From contig OX597828.1 in NCBI GenBank assembly GCA_951406725.2, positions 76,632,001 to 76,696,000 of the forward strand: a DNA stretch of 64,000 nucleotides, written 5' to 3'. Positions within the stretch are counted from its first letter, which is position 1. The number at the start of each line of letters is the position of its first letter. This DNA is from Octopus vulgaris (taxonomy: Eukaryota). Positions 1-13,987 of the stretch are shown here, in pieces. Below the pieces are notes generated by a model, which was given only the letters and a program-made list of their open reading frames with translations, searched no databases and had not been told where the DNA came from. The position numbers were made by a program, and so were the translations under genes.

Positions 1-290
1 GCTGGTCTTTTTGTTATGTATTTGTCTGAATATTTTTTTATCATGCCTAATGCACCTACTATGATAGGAATTGTTTCGGTTTTTAGATTCCACATTCTTG
101 TTACCTCTATTTCCAGGTCTTTGTATTTTGAAAGTTTCTCCATTTCTTTTAGAGACACGTTGTCATCTGCTGGTATTGATACATCAATTAGAAAACATTT
201 TTTTTCTTCATGATCTCTGACAACTATATCTGGTCTGTTGGCCTTAATTTCTCTATCTGTGTGTATTGACATATCCCAGAGTGTGGTTGC

Positions 291-293
<3 letters not shown>
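1..293 (-). mobile_element. Dong/R4-clade non-LTR retrotransposon, restriction-like endonuclease (RLE) fragment; 5'-truncated, runs off the window start
   Basis: Minus-strand open frame KATTLWDMSIHTDREIKANRPDIVVRDHEEKKCFLIDVSIPADDNVSLKEMEKLSKYKDLEIEVTRMWNLKTETIPIIVGALGMIKK has the RPD..D..K..KY and VGALG motifs of RLE LINEs; it abuts a (TTC)n(TTA)n tract. Confidence 0.88.
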
Positions 294-437
<144 letters not shown>

Positions 438-688
438 ACTTTTTTTTCTTCTTTCAAATTTGCTTCCATTTCTTGCCGAGTGTCTTCCCGACTCCTAGGG
501 CAAAAAAACTCATAGTATACATTGGTAGGCCATTAAACCAAACTCAATAGTTCGTTCATTTTTTTTTTAAAGTTAAATTAAAATACATGAGCAGCAACAG
601 TTCTCACATCGACAATGCTCTTCTCAATACGTGTGATGTACCAGTTAAGACAATCTTTTGCACTTCTTGCAGGGATGGTAAGCCAGGG
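438..688 (-). mobile_element. Dong/R4-like LINE 3' end (ORF C-terminus plus 3' UTR) inserted in (TAA)n
   Basis: 687->604 translates PGLPSLQEVQKIVLTGTSHVLRRALSM*, the typical Dong C-terminus (PG..QK..L.GT.H.LR); the 3' UTR runs into (TAA)n, and (TTA)n lies on both sides. Confidence 0.8.
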
Positions 689-691
689 TTG

Positions 692-759
<68 letters not shown>

Positions 760-775
760 ATTATTATTATTATTA
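689..775. repeat. (TTA)n microsatellite
   Basis: Direct reading of the sequence. Confidence 0.95.
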
Positions 776-1383
776 TGTGAGGGGCTGGAATTAGCAAAAT
801 TAATGTTGATACTCCCAGAAAATGAACTTTTATTTAGCAGACTGGTATTATGAGAAGATATAATTTGTGAAAGATTCTTTGTGTTGGAGAAGGTAACTCT
901 AACTATAGGAGAATTAATAATTGAATAATATCTAGAATTTTTGGAAAGTTCTTACCACCGACTTCACGGAACTGCAAAAGAAGATTTGATTTAGTTTGCT
1001 TTCCATATCTTGACATCTTTTGCTCAGCACTCACCAAAAGCTTTACACGAGAAAATATTTCCGTGTTTTTGAGCGGCTTCCTTTTATAATCAACAACCAA
1101 GCACACACATACATACAAAGAGTTATACTCCAAGATAACCACTTGTATAAACACAATGGACAGTGATTAAATAGAACGATCAATACATGCGCAGACATAT
1201 TGAAAACAATAAATCAACACTGGTGAATTTCGAATTTACTGTCAACAAATGTGTATGTGTGTGCGTGTATGTGTGTGCGTGTATGTGTGTGCGTGTATGT
1301 GTGTGTGTAATACATTTATTGAAAGTGACTTCGCAGTTTCGGAGGGGGTGGCTTACAGTTTTAAATAAATCTACATATATCAT

Positions 1384-1737
1384 CTTTTACTCTTTTACCT
1401 GTTTCAGTCATTTGACTGTGTCCATGCTGGAGCGCCGCCTTTAGTCGAGAAAATCGACCCCAGAATTTTTTCTTTGTAAGCCTAGGACTTATTCTATCGA
1501 CACCTTTTGCCGAACCGCTAAGTTACCGTGACCTAAACACACCATCAACGGTTGTCAAGCGATGTCGGGGGGACAAACACGGACACACATACATATATAC
1601 ATATACATATATACGACGGGTTTCTTTCAGTTTCCGTCTACTCAATTCACTCACAAGGCTTTGATCGGCCCATGCAGTGGAACTGAACGCTGAACCATGT
1701 TGTTGGTAAGCAAGCTACTTACCACACAGCCACTCCT
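1384..1737 (-). mobile_element. tRNA-derived SINE family A (internally deleted copy)
   Basis: Matches other copies in the window: head GGAGTGGCTGTGTGGTAAG (A box), internal CA/TA tract, (GAGTAAAA)n tail. Confidence 0.88.
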
Positions 1738-1982
1738 ATTTCTTAATTTACTCAACACTTTTCATATTTGATTGTGTGCTTACACACACACACATACGAA
1801 AACGTGCATATACACTCAAACTCTCACACACACATATTTATGTAGGTATACAGCTACGTATGGATGCGTGTATAGATGTTTGTATGTATACGCAAGTAGT
1901 GACATATTCGAGTATAGAAACAAAACGTGGAATGTAGGCTTTGCATAAAAAAAAAAAACTGATAAATATCTGAAACGCAGAG

Positions 1983-2288
1983 ACAACACAAGACTACAAC
2001 AACAACAAAACCAACAAGAAGAGCTGCAGCAGCAACGGTTGCAGCAGCGGCAGCAGCAGCAGCAGCAGCAGCAACAGCGGCGGCGCTAAACTTACGTTTG
2101 ATGTTTCCTGACAGCGCATGACACCGTCGAAATATTTCTGCCGCATTTGTAAAATACTGTGCGGCATCATTATAAACATATCGTTGATTATTGCTGTTGT
2201 TTTTGTTGTTGTTGTTGTGGTGGTGGTGATGGTGGTGGTGGTGGTGTTGGTGGTGGCGGTGGTGGTGGTGGTGCTGTTTTTGTTGTTC

Positions 2289-2320
<32 letters not shown>

Positions 2321-2406
2321 CTTCTTCTTCTTCTTCTTCTTCTTCTTCTTCTTCTTCTTCTTTTTTCTTCTTCTTCTTCTTCTTCTTATTATTATTATTA
2401 TTATTA

Positions 2407-2474
<68 letters not shown>
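1983..2474. repeat. Compound trinucleotide tracts (CAA/CAG, GGT, TTC, TTA) around a short unique island
   Basis: Direct reading of the sequence. Confidence 0.9.
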
Positions 2475-3006
2475 GGTGTTAGTTGTAGTAGTATGTTATT
2501 AATATATATAAAAGAAAAAGTCTCTTGTTAATCGAACGAGTGTAGTGGTGGTGGTGGTGTGAGGAAAAGCGGGGGTAGCTACATTTCTGTCTGGCGTAGT
2601 GCCATACATATATATCTAGTGCAGTGGTAAACCACAGACTGCACTGAGAGATTTCGGAACGGCTGTGCCGAGAGAACATAATGGAAAGGAGAAAGGACAA
2701 AGATTCCAGTGCAATGGCTTTTCTCTCCCTTCTTTATTTTGGTTCTGCTTCTCGGTGTAATATTGTATGTCTATGTTTCTCTCTTCCTCTGCCTCGTCCT
2801 TTCTGTCTCTCTCTCTCTCACGGACGCACACACTTTCTTCCTCCCCGCCCCCATGAACCTATGAAAGTGGTAATGCTTATGGAAGCATTAAACGAACGGT
2901 AATAGAATTACACTGCAATAATGAAGAATGCGATGACTGCTGAAACAAAATTAAGCAAAACTAAAAAAAAGAGAAAAAAACCATAAAACAATGCTAAACG
3001 GGAAGA

Positions 3007-3049
<43 letters not shown>

Positions 3050-3051
3050 GC

Positions 3052-3086
<35 letters not shown>

Positions 3087-3224
3087 TGATGATGATGATG
3101 ACGATGATGATGATGATGATGATGATGATGATAACAGACATAACAGACGTTGACAGACGTAAGCGCTTACATATATTAGAAATTACGTCACACAAAATGA
3201 GCTATACATACCCACTATATATAC

Positions 3225-3305
<81 letters not shown>

Positions 3306-3426
3306 TCAATCGTCCCTTTGGTTTCATGTTGTGTGCAGTTGCCTACGTTATGTCATATGGGTGTGTGTGTGAGTGTCTGTGCAGCACCATCTTCCGCCTT
3401 TCACTTGCCACATATATATATATATG

Positions 3427-3470
<44 letters not shown>
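3007..3470. repeat. (AAT)n, (GAT)n and (TA)n microsatellites
   Basis: Direct reading of the sequence. Confidence 0.9.
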
Positions 3471-3689
3471 AATACATGTGCGCACACATACACGGAGTGG
3501 GTGGCAAAAACCTAATACAATATATTCCCTTCTTTGGTGAATAAAACAGATAGAACTAAGCGCAACACACTTTCACGGTAGAGAGAAGCCATTACTTAAG
3601 TTCAAAAGACTCAACGACTGACCGATTTCCGCATAAAATACCTCATATCGTTTGGGCTACGATCCCTTAACTGCCTATAAACCGATGAC

Positions 3690-4130
3690 GTGATCTTCAA
3701 ACATTGCAGAATACCTAGAGACACCAGGTACCCAGCCCCTATCGCATAATCAATTATCACATTATTTGATACATCATCTTTTCGCTGCAAATCCAGTCGG
3801 GCAGATTTCGTCCTTTGAATTACTGTACAATTCACTCACTATCCCAGTGTAGACACGTCAACTCCAAACACTTGCTTTAATTTTGACTGAATTCACTTAA
3901 TTTCTTCATCTTTCCGCATCAGACTACTTTGTCAATATCATTCACTCTCTCCACAGCAAAATACTGTCGTACTACAATTGCTGGTTATAACCTATGGCCG
4001 TCTGACATTTGTGGAAGATTGCCTTCAGTTTTGCGGTCATTGCCATCCCTCGCTCTGGCTGCTCTAAGTATAAATACGATTTTGCTAGTTACCAATCTGA
4101 TTACGCGTAGACTTTCCACCTGTGGTGCTC
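3690..4130 (-). mobile_element. Possible highly decayed Tc1-like transposase relic
   Basis: Broken minus-strand peptides MRKDEEI..LKQVFGVDVST and DDVSNNVIID loosely recall the Tc1 HTH region and the NVIFTDE motif; weak. Confidence 0.22.
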
Positions 4131-5199
4131 CGCAAGGTACTCTCATCCATCATTGTCTTCAGCAATCGCAGTCTTCATCTCTGCAGTTCTATTATTAACG
4201 TAAATGTTTGTCCTTCATTTCTTTGCTTTCCCTCAGCATCTGAGTAAAGTTCAAGTCATTTACTATTACACGTGTTGCAACTGATACTCTGGTCGGGGTC
4301 CATAAATCCAAGCAAACCTTACTAGACCACGTGTTTTTGTTGTTTACTCTGCACTCGCAAAATATCCGTATTGTCATGTGAAGACAACGCTACTCTAATT
4401 AAATATCTGTCTAATGTTTTCGGACATGATCCTCCGTATCTTGGGACTCATTAAAAACACTGACACCGGTTTATGAGCTGGCGTGTAACACCAGCTAATC
4501 TGCCACTTCGATTGACCGTCGGATATGTAGACCAGACAGACTTGCTTCTTTCCATTAGCCTTGACCCAATTGAAGGAGCAAACTGCTAACCGTACATCAG
4601 TCACAGATTCCGCTACCACTTGCTAAGACACGCAAATCCGCTTGTTATTATAACTAATATATGTTGCTCCATTAATTCATCAGGCAAAGAGGCACTGACT
4701 TTTGTAACGTACCACGTCTATTCTCCATTGGACTGACTCAAGTTCGCCTACAACATGAGATATATTGTTACTTTTGTTATCGTCTTGCTGTTCCTGCAAC
4801 TAATTTTTTCAAAGTATTTCCCACAGTATTTCTTTCCGTATATTCAACGGTACAACTTGAACCTTGAGGCTCTGTCTGTTTGATTCTGTAAGTGTCTATG
4901 CACGTTTTCTGCTCAAAAATAAATATGCTGATACGGTGTTAAATATAGTAGAGCTAATGGCACCAACAGTGTGGCAGGTACTTCGGCTTGAATGTTTTGG
5001 ATATGTTCAGCAACATGCATCACAACAAATGACTAATATCAAAAACGGTAGTGACACCCAAAAATATCTACACACAAAACGTATTTCTACCGCGGGTAAA
5101 TGAGTGATCTTTCAAACACCCCTAATTATTCTCTTAGTAATACTTGAATCTCCTCTATAAGCGTTCATTCACTATTACATAACAACAACAATAATAACA

Positions 5200-5339
5200 A
5201 TCATTTCTACCGTAACCACACGGGCAGAAATTTTGGGTAAGGGAATAGTCGATGTGACAGACCCAAGTGTTCAACTGATGCTTATTTTAACGACTTTGAA
5301 AGGATCACAGGTATAGTCGACCTCGGCGAGCTCGCTGCC

Positions 5340-5340
<1 letters not shown>
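5200..5340 (-). mobile_element. Deu/Nin-domain-like SINE fragment
   Basis: Reverse complement matches gccgaggtcgact...cctttc..gtcg.taaaataag of the fuller copies at 26508 and 48704. Confidence 0.7.
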
Positions 5341-5391
<51 letters not shown>

Positions 5392-7170
5392 CATGATGAT
5401 AATAGTGACATTGTTATCTATTGAACGATATTTCGTTATCTTGTGTGTCTTCAACTGGTGGTTCAAAAAATAAATTTGTCAATCTACTTCATTTTGGTTA
5501 ATATATAAAGGATTGATGTAACTCCTCCTGAAGATATAGAATCAAAATTAAAAGAAGAGTGCCATTGTTTTGAGCACTCGATTGTTTTTTGAAATCATAT
5601 GGATATCTAAGGTTACAGTTAGTAACCTGTTACCCACGTAGATCCTTCCAGGAATCCATTGTGTATATTTACCACAATGGATCAGTGGTAACCACAAGAG
5701 CAAAATAATCTGGAAAAAAATACAGCTGGGAGGAATGGAGTTGGGAAAAAGAATATGAAAGGAAGTAAATTGTAAAAAATTGAGCTGGGTTGATGGGAGA
5801 TTCAGTTACCTGAGACCATTTTAGGGGAACAGAGGTACAAAATTACACTTATTGCCAAAACAAAAATAAGAAAGAAGAGAGGAATTTGGGAGGAATGAAA
5901 GAGTGAAGACGAACAAGGAATGGAAAAGCAGAAAGGAAAAATAAAGATAAAAGTCTTTGGTTAACGATTGTTATATGTGGATATATACAAACACACACAC
6001 AAAATGATATGTGAATATATGATTGTACACATATACATATGTACACACACATACACACACATATATATGTATATATGTATGTATATATACACATGTATAC
6101 GTATGTATATATATACATGTATACGTATGTATATATATATATGTATGTATACACATATATACGTATGTGTATATATGTGTATGTGTGTGTATGCATGTAT
6201 GCGCGTATCTGTTGATATATGTACGTGGGGTGTGTGTGTAGATGTACGTGTGTAGTTATTAGTGTATATTGATCTCTGAGATCAATTGCAATCTTCAAAG
6301 AAACGCCGCTGACTGGAGGACGTGTTGTAGAATATGAAATAACAGATGTCTCTCTGTATGTTATGCAACATCGCAGTTCTATAAACTTGCATATATGCAT
6401 GTTATAATATGTAAGACTGTCTGTATGTGAGTACACATACGCCAATATCGTACATAGATATAAGTATATATATATGTACATATATTATAACTGTCTGCGT
6501 GTATGAGTTGATGGTAAAAGGTTCAGTTGTCCGACCAAACACATCGCTACTGCTGTAATTAAGGTGTAACTGGGTATCCTGTAGAGATGTGTACCCTTAA
6601 CACAGTTGTCGAGCCAAGACTGAACTTTGGACGAACAGACACAATTTATGAGAAGAGAGAAAAATAGATTCGAATTCTATTCCAAAGACTCGAGAAACAA
6701 GCAAATCACAACGGCGTCTTTTGGACTGAAGGCAGAGAGCTGGAATTATATAAAAATTATCAAAAAGGATGAAACACAAACTTGAACTCGTCGAAATTTA
6801 AATTCAGAGTGTAAAGAATTGTAAAAGATGCCGATAAGCATTTTGTACGACGCGCAGACGATTCTACCAGCAACTGCTTTACTGCAAACAACACACTTAT
6901 AACACGCGTGTATATCGCTTATTGGCCTTGTTGAAGACAACGACTCCTCATATTTCGCACCCACCCCACCTATCATACTGTACTCTTGTACCTGTTATAT
7001 ATACGGTTGTATCTACGTCAACACCCTCTCTCCCGTGGAATGCCTTCTGTTTCGTTAACACTTTTCATTTCGCATAAGAATTTCCTGACAACACTAAATT
7101 TTCTTCGCATTTCTCTCCCTATTACACACATTTCTGTCCCAATCACGAAAACCACCCTCCTTATCTCGCT

Positions 7171-7206
<36 letters not shown>

Positions 7207-7314
7207 CATAAATATTCTACATTAAAATTGCTGCTTGTAACCTATGCCTCAACTAATACTGAAGGAAGATTTCCTCTGGATTTTCGATCGCTGTAAACCC
7301 TCACTCCGGCTCTT

Positions 7315-7391
<77 letters not shown>

Positions 7392-7572
7392 AACACACAT
7401 CACACATATATATATTTTATTATTTTTTCACAAGAATAGTATTGATAATGACTTCGAAGTTTCATTCAGACAAGCTGTCATCGGAATCTACCCAATGCAT
7501 TTGTACCCTATCAATATATTGCGAAATCATTCAATTTAATAAAAACAGCTTTTATTATCAGATAAAACAAAC

Positions 7573-7604
<32 letters not shown>

Positions 7605-7669
7605 TTATATATATAAAGAAAAAAACAATTAGATCTGTGAGCGAGAAAGATGTACTATACAGTTCATCA

Positions 7670-8006
7670 TAGTAAAATCTATTTACCAACATAAAGTGGC
7701 AGTCCTGCTTAGGACGATGTTACTACTGTTTACCTCCAACAAAACATCTTTTGCACCTGGCTATCAACACTTCATCTGTGTCCGTATATTGTGATAGCTT
7801 GTACAAAGGAAGGGATATTACACAGAAAATATTGGTCTGCAGGTATCGCTAAGACAGAAGGGAGAGCATTAGATCCCTTGTTCACAGTATACAGATACAT
7901 ATGATGTGTCGGTAGCCGGGTGGAAAAGATGTTCTCCTGGGCCAAAGAGTAGCAACATCGTCCTAAGCAGGACTGCCACTTTACGTTGGCAAATAGACTT
8001 TACTCT
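7670..8006. mobile_element. MITE with ~120-bp terminal inverted repeats
   Basis: agtaaaatctatttaccaacataaagtggcagtcctgcttaggacgatgtt... at the left is mirrored by ...aacatcgtcctaagcaggactgccactttacgttggcaaatagactttact at the right; no ORF. Confidence 0.85.
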
Positions 8007-8230
8007 ATATATACAGCAAAATAAGTTAGCTTCCACAGACTTCAGCCGCGTTCCTACCGTGTACTTGGTTGGGATATTCTTTTGATTGTAAAATTACGTA
8101 TCATCTGATGATTACGGTTTTTGTAATGGAGTAATATTCTCGTTCTTCTCTTAGAAAATGCGTAAGAAACGGATGTAATGAGCTGACAATTAACCATCGT
8201 CTGTTATTACTCATTTGATTATATACATAC

Positions 8231-8270
<40 letters not shown>

Positions 8271-8457
8271 TATATGCACACACACACAGAGGCACACACA
8301 ACTAAACCATCGTCAATCATACGTCATCGGTACTCCGGTATCTCCCTCTCACCCTTCTGTACGTGGAAACTCTTTCCTTGCCACCCAATTTCCATTCAGT
8401 TCCACACCGGTTTCCGTTAAACATATCTTTCTACCGTTTCCTCATTACTTCCTCCCG

Positions 8458-8768
8458 TGAAGGCGCGTGGCTAAGTGGTTAGGCTTTTCTGCCGATGATC
8501 GTAAGGCCATGAGATCGATACCCATCGACGCATTATGTTCTTGAGCAAGACGCTTTATTTCACGTTGCTCCACTTCATTCAGCCGATAACAATGAATTGT
8601 ACCTGTAATTCACGGGGCCAACCATGTCAGATTCCGTGTCACGCTGAATCTCTCTAAGAACTATGTTTATTGTACGCGTTTCTGTGGTGTACTCAACCAC
8701 TTGCAAACTAATTGTCAAGAACAAGCTGTTTGGTCGATCGAATCAATTGCAACTCTTATCGTCGTAAC
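8458..8768 (+). mobile_element. tRNA-derived SINE family B (CORE-like segment)
   Basis: tgaaggcgcgtggctaagtggttag head and ttcttgagcaagacgctttatttcacgttgctcca segment; homologous to 38275-38598. Confidence 0.8.
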
Positions 8769-9601
8769 AAATACGCTGCCAGTTTTCCATTTTATCTTTT
8801 TTTAACCCCTTCCAAAGACAATCTTAAACCCTACCCCCGAAACACCTTAACTGGTTTATTTCCATTCTTTTATATTGTTCTAAGAATATTATATTTTATC
8901 ATATATAAACGTGTGTGTGTGTGTATGCATGTGTGTATGTGTGTGTGTGTGTTTCGATTAGCGTTGTGCCTATGGCTATAAGGAGTATTAGAAATTATAG
9001 TTGTGAAATTGGTGCTATTCTTTATAGCTATATTAGTGGTGGTCACTATTCAGGTTGCAGCTGTGATAGTATATTTGTACATAAGAGGAAAGTGGTCGCA
9101 CTGATGCTACTGGCGGTTTTATCACTTCTTACTGGGGTGAGATGATATCGTTGCTCTTGGTGTTGTTGGGGATGATGTTCGTTGCATCTATTATTGCGCT
9201 GATTTGTATTGTTTCTGCCAGACATCAACCACCGAGCATTTACACGAAACTTTCCAGCATTGCATCTGCGACCATTCAATCGAGACGGTATATTTAGAAT
9301 TACATCATGCAAAGTATCGTCGTGTTTTCAAACACTAGGGTGTGACTTGAGAAACTTTTAACTGTTATTTCCAGCAGATTATGTAACCATGCGACGACGC
9401 TGATTCTTAACTGGAATTGGTACGCTTTCGGCGGAGGGGTCGCATTTTAGAGCGAACGACGATGGTAGCAGAGTAGTGCCTTGTTGTGGTAGCTTTGCTT
9501 TTCATGGAAGTGTTTATAGTGGTGTTTGTAATATGAGTGGTGGTGGTGGTGTTAGTAACCATAGTCATTGTTGTAGTACAGTGGTATTTTTGTTGTGATA
9601 T

Positions 9602-10005
9602 CTTTTACTCTTTTACTTGTTTCAATCATTTGACTGCGGCCGTGCTGGAGCACCGCCTTTAGTCGAGCAAATCGACCCCAGGACTTATTCTTTGGAAGTC
9701 TAGTACTTATTCTATCGGTCCCTTTTGGCGAAACTCTAAGTTACGGGGACGTAAACACACCAGCATCAGTTGTCAAGCGATTTGGGGAGGACAAACACAG
9801 ACACAAATATATACACACACACACACACACACACATATATATGACGGGCTTCTTTCAGTTTCCATCTACCAAATCCACTCACAAGGCTTTGGTCGGCCCG
9901 AGGTTATAGTAGAAGACACTTGCCCAAGATGCCACGCAGTGGGACTGAACCCGGAACCATATGGTCGGTAAGCAAGCTCCTTACCACACAGCCACTCCTG
10001 CACCT
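9602..10005 (-). mobile_element. SINE family A, full length
   Basis: A box TGGCTGTGTGG, B box GGTTCAGTCCC, internal CA tract, GAGTAAAA tail. Confidence 0.92.
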
Positions 10006-10245
10006 ATGGGAGTTTCCTAGAAGTGATGTTGCTGCAATAAACAGTAGTGATGTGCAGAAGTATATTTGTTGCTACAGTATTGGTGTTGTTGTGTGTGGTG
10101 GTGGTTTTGTTGAGACGTTGGTGATAGTACAAATGTATTTTTGCGGCATCAAAGATTTGTTATAGTGTCTGTTGTGATTGTGATGGTGTCGGCTCTCGTA
10201 ACAGTGAACGTAAAGGCTACTTCTGTAACAGTTATTGTTACTGTG

Positions 10246-10533
10246 TGAAGGCGCATGGCTCAGAGGTTAGAGCGTCGAGTTTACGATCGTGAAGTTGTGA
10301 GTTCGAATCCCGGACCGGGTTGCGTGTTGTGTTCTTGAGCAAGGCACTTTATCTCACTTTGCCCCAGTTCACTCAGCTGTAGAAGTTAGTCGCGACGTCA
10401 CAGGGGCCAAGCTGTATCGGCCTCTTTGCCTTTCCCTTGGAGTGGGGAGTCTGGTATGCTTGGGCAACTGCTGGTCATTCATAAATAATCTTGCCTGCCT
10501 GGGAGCGTAACTTTCTTGACCGAAGGGGGTCTC
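10246..10533 (+). mobile_element. tRNA-derived SINE family C
   Basis: tggctcagaggttagagcg (A box), gagttcgaatccc (B box), CORE-like gttcttgagcaaggcactt, ends gaccgaagggggtctc; homologous to 35408 and 46438. Confidence 0.88.
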
Positions 10534-10539
10534 AGCATT

Positions 10540-10761
10540 GTTATTGTGGTGGTTGTGGGAGTGGTAGTAGTAGAGGCGGTGGTGGTAGTAGTGATAGTGG
10601 AAGTAGTGGGAGTAGTATTAGTAGTGGACGTGGTAGTAGTAGTAGTATTAGTCATAGTAGCAGCAGCGGTAGTAGTAATAGTAGTAGAGATGGTGGTGGT
10701 AGTAGTAGAGGTGATGTTAATGGCAGTTTAGTAGTATTAGTCGGCTTAGGGTGGTGGTGGA

Positions 10762-10835
<74 letters not shown>

Positions 10836-10870
10836 CTGCAGTAGCTGCGGTAGTAGTAGTTATTAGTAGT
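10540..10870. repeat. (GTA)n/(GTG)n tract, partly degenerate
   Basis: Direct reading of the sequence. Confidence 0.9.
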
Positions 10871-11585
10871 GTTTGATGATCGTAGTGATTTTCTTCTCGT
10901 TAAAGATGGAGCAGTGGGATTGATGGTTGAATTTATTTGATTGATGGTGTGTTTGTGGTTATTAGTAGAGTGATTGGTGATTGGTATAGGTGGGGCGGGG
11001 GCGGAGACGGTATCGGTGGAAGGAAGAACGTTTCTGCTGGTTGTGATGGCGGCGGCGGTGGCGCAGTTGGTGTTGATGTTGGCGGCGGGAATGGCGGTTA
11101 TATGATTCTCGTGCGGAAACGAACGCGGTAAATGTAAAGCTGAGGTCAGGTGGAATAAAATTAGTATTGTATACCAATTTGATTTGTGTCTTTGATGTGA
11201 GATACGATAGGATACCATACGATACGATAGGAATAAGTCTAGAAGATAAAAACCTTCTAAAATGAAAATGATGGACGTGGGAAAAAATCGTGATAGACAA
11301 GCGATACGAATCTCCGTGTGCGCGAGTGTTGTTGGTGTGTTCGTGTGAGGACGTGTGTGTGTGTATATGCATATTAAAACAAAATTAACACAAACACACA
11401 GTTACGCATGCTCACACACCGTGTGTATGCAAATCGACAATTGATATTTGAGGCATGCATGTGTATATAAAGTGAGATGATATCTATATATATATATATA
11501 TATACACACATATAATACGAAAATAATATATATACATATATATATATAATACGAAAATAATATTTATATATATATATATATGTAC

Positions 11586-11683
<98 letters not shown>

Positions 11684-11721
11684 CACACACTCACACACAA
11701 ATAAACACACACGTATATATA

Positions 11722-12136
11722 TAAAGTAAAGTCAGTCGCCACATCAAAGTGATTGTTCCATGTTACTGCTAGTTTAACCCCAGGTAGATTCTCCACCAGC
11801 TGGTAAACGGTGTGACTCTGCCCACGTTATATACAATATATAGTGTTAGCAGTGGTGGGGGGGGGGCGAAACCATTACACACTGTAGCAGGTAATAGGGT
11901 CACAAGACCGACTGTGTCAGCCTATTTGGTTGATCCTCAGTCGAGAGCAACTGTCCACCAAAACGATAGCCAGATTCCGTTTCAGCCAACAATATATTGT
12001 AAACAAACCGACCAATATATATTGTATATAAAGAGTGCAGGGTCGCACCGATAACAAGCTGGTGGAGTATCTGCCTGGGGTTAAACAAGTAGTAACATAG
12101 ACTAACTACTTTGACTTGGCGACTGACTTCACTTTT
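11722..12136. mobile_element. MITE with ~120-bp diverged terminal inverted repeats
   Basis: aaagtaaagtcagtcgcc...gtttaaccccaggtagattctccaccagct at the left is mirrored by agctggtggagtatctgcctggggttaaac...ggcgactgacttcactttt at the right. Confidence 0.82.
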
Positions 12137-12510
12137 TAGTATGCTTACTACTCTGATCTCTTCCTCAGATTTTACAACTAGCATTTTTGCTTATATACAT
12201 ACATACATAGATACATACATATATATACACACATACATACACACACACACACATACATATATATATATGTATATACACATATATATATACGCATATATAT
12301 CCGTCTATCTGACTATCTATCAATTTATCTGTATACATATATGTGTGTGCGTGTGTGTGTACATTTATATGCATATGTACATATGTATGTGTTTGTGTGT
12401 ATGTATTATCAAAACACGAATTCTCTCCTCTGTGTGTGTGTATATATATATATATGTGTGTGTGTGTGTAAATATATATATTCTCTTATATATGTGTGTG
12501 TGTGTGTGTG

Positions 12511-12710
12511 TATGCGTCTGTATCCTCCCCACCATCGCTTGACAACCGATATTGGTGCGTTTACGACCACGTAATTTAGCGATTCGGCCTAAAACGACCA
12601 ATATAATAAGTACTAGGCTTACAAAAGAATAAGTCCTGGGGGTCGATTTGTTCGACTAAAAAGGCGGTGCTTCAACAAGGCCGCAGTCAAATGACTGAAA
12701 CGAGTAAAGA
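12511..12710 (+). mobile_element. SINE family A, 3' half
   Basis: Matches taagtactaggcttacaaagaataagtcctggggtcg...ggcggtgc...gcagtcaaatgactgaaac. Confidence 0.85.
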
Positions 12711-12783
12711 GCATTAACAAAATACCTTGCAGTATATCATGGTGGCATCTCGACACACGGTGTCCCTACAAGCAATTTATATG

Positions 12784-12870
12784 TAAGTACCAGCTGCGTA
12801 CTGAGATCGATCTAATCGACTGGCCCCCTCACGCAAAATTTCGGACCTTGTGCCTAGACTAGGGAAGAAT
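12784..12870 (+). mobile_element. Deu/Nin-like SINE 3' fragment
   Basis: taagtaccagctgcgtactgagatcgatctaatcgactggcccc matches the 3' part of 26725-26875. Confidence 0.7.
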
Positions 12871-13128
12871 ATGTAAGTACTCGTTGCCAGGAATATGTTT
12901 TTCATTTAAAATTTGTGAATTTAATCATGTTACACCGCTATATCTGGCAGCTGTTCAAGCTGTGTTCATGGATAAAGAATGGTTTGGATGTGGTGTCGGA
13001 AGGAAATGAACTCCCGAAATATGCATGGACACCCATTGCGTATTGGTCTATCTTCAGTTACTATATTTCTTTTAGATGTATTGATCACAAATCGGGACTG
13101 GATTTAATTTCTGTAGAAAATCTGGAGA

Positions 13129-13545
13129 GGCGGTAGGAGTGGCTGTGTGGTAAGTAGCTTGCTTACCAGCCACATGGTTCTTGGATCAGTCCCACTGCGT
13201 GGTACTTTGTGCAAGTGTCTTCTACAATAGCCTCGGCCCGACCAAAGCCTTCTGAGTGGATTTGGTAGACGGAAACTGAAAGAATCCCGTCGTATATATG
13301 TATATATATGTGTATGTGCGTGTATATGTTTGTGTGTCTGTGTTTGTCTCCACAACATCGCTTTACAACAGATGGTGATGTCTTACGTCCCTGTAACTTA
13401 GCGATTCGGCAAAAGAAACCGATTGAATAAGTACTAGGCTTACAAAGAATAAGTCCTGGGGTCGATTTGCTCGACTTAAGGCGGTGCTCCAGCATGGCCG
13501 TAGTCAAATGACTGAAACATGTAAAAGAGTAAAAGAGTAAAAGAG
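13129..13545 (+). mobile_element. SINE family A, full length
   Basis: Head, internal microsatellite and (GTAAAAGA)n tail all present. Confidence 0.92.
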
Positions 13546-13697
13546 ATAACTTGAAGAACTTTTCTAAAGATTCTGCCCTGTAATTGGCTTTCAGGAAATG
13601 ATCAAGTTTCATCCGCCTATTCTCATTTGTGTATCTAATTGTTGCAATGGTTCACGTGGAATCTCAGAAAATAGAATGTCCTGAAATTCCTCTAATA

Positions 13698-13753
13698 CAG
13701 TGGTTCCCAAACTTTCTTGAGCTGCCGCCCCTTGACACTCAAACCATATTCCG
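13698..13753 (+). mobile_element. hAT/Charlie-like terminal fragment
   Basis: Begins CAGTGGTTCCCAAACTT, a typical hAT-Charlie TIR; the other end was not found. Confidence 0.45.
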
Positions 13754-13987
13754 AGGATTAGGACAAATATCCGTCAAATGTAAATAATGTAAATAAGCCA
13801 ATGAATTGTTTTGTGTTTACACAGAATGCTGTGACTGTCATTACAAGCAATAAATTAGACTGCTCAGATGAGCGGCCCATCGCAGAACAGAAATGGTCCC
13901 TCAATGTGAAGAATTTTCGATTCCATCATCATAGTTGTTTTCATATTGTCGCCATTTTCATAATATGAACTGGACACGAAGCATTCT

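Noticed and set aside
4674-4690. Isolated CTGATGA/CTGAAGA heptamers (also near 4157, 5528 and 55204)
   Set aside because: No correctly placed GAAA, helix III or P1 pairing.
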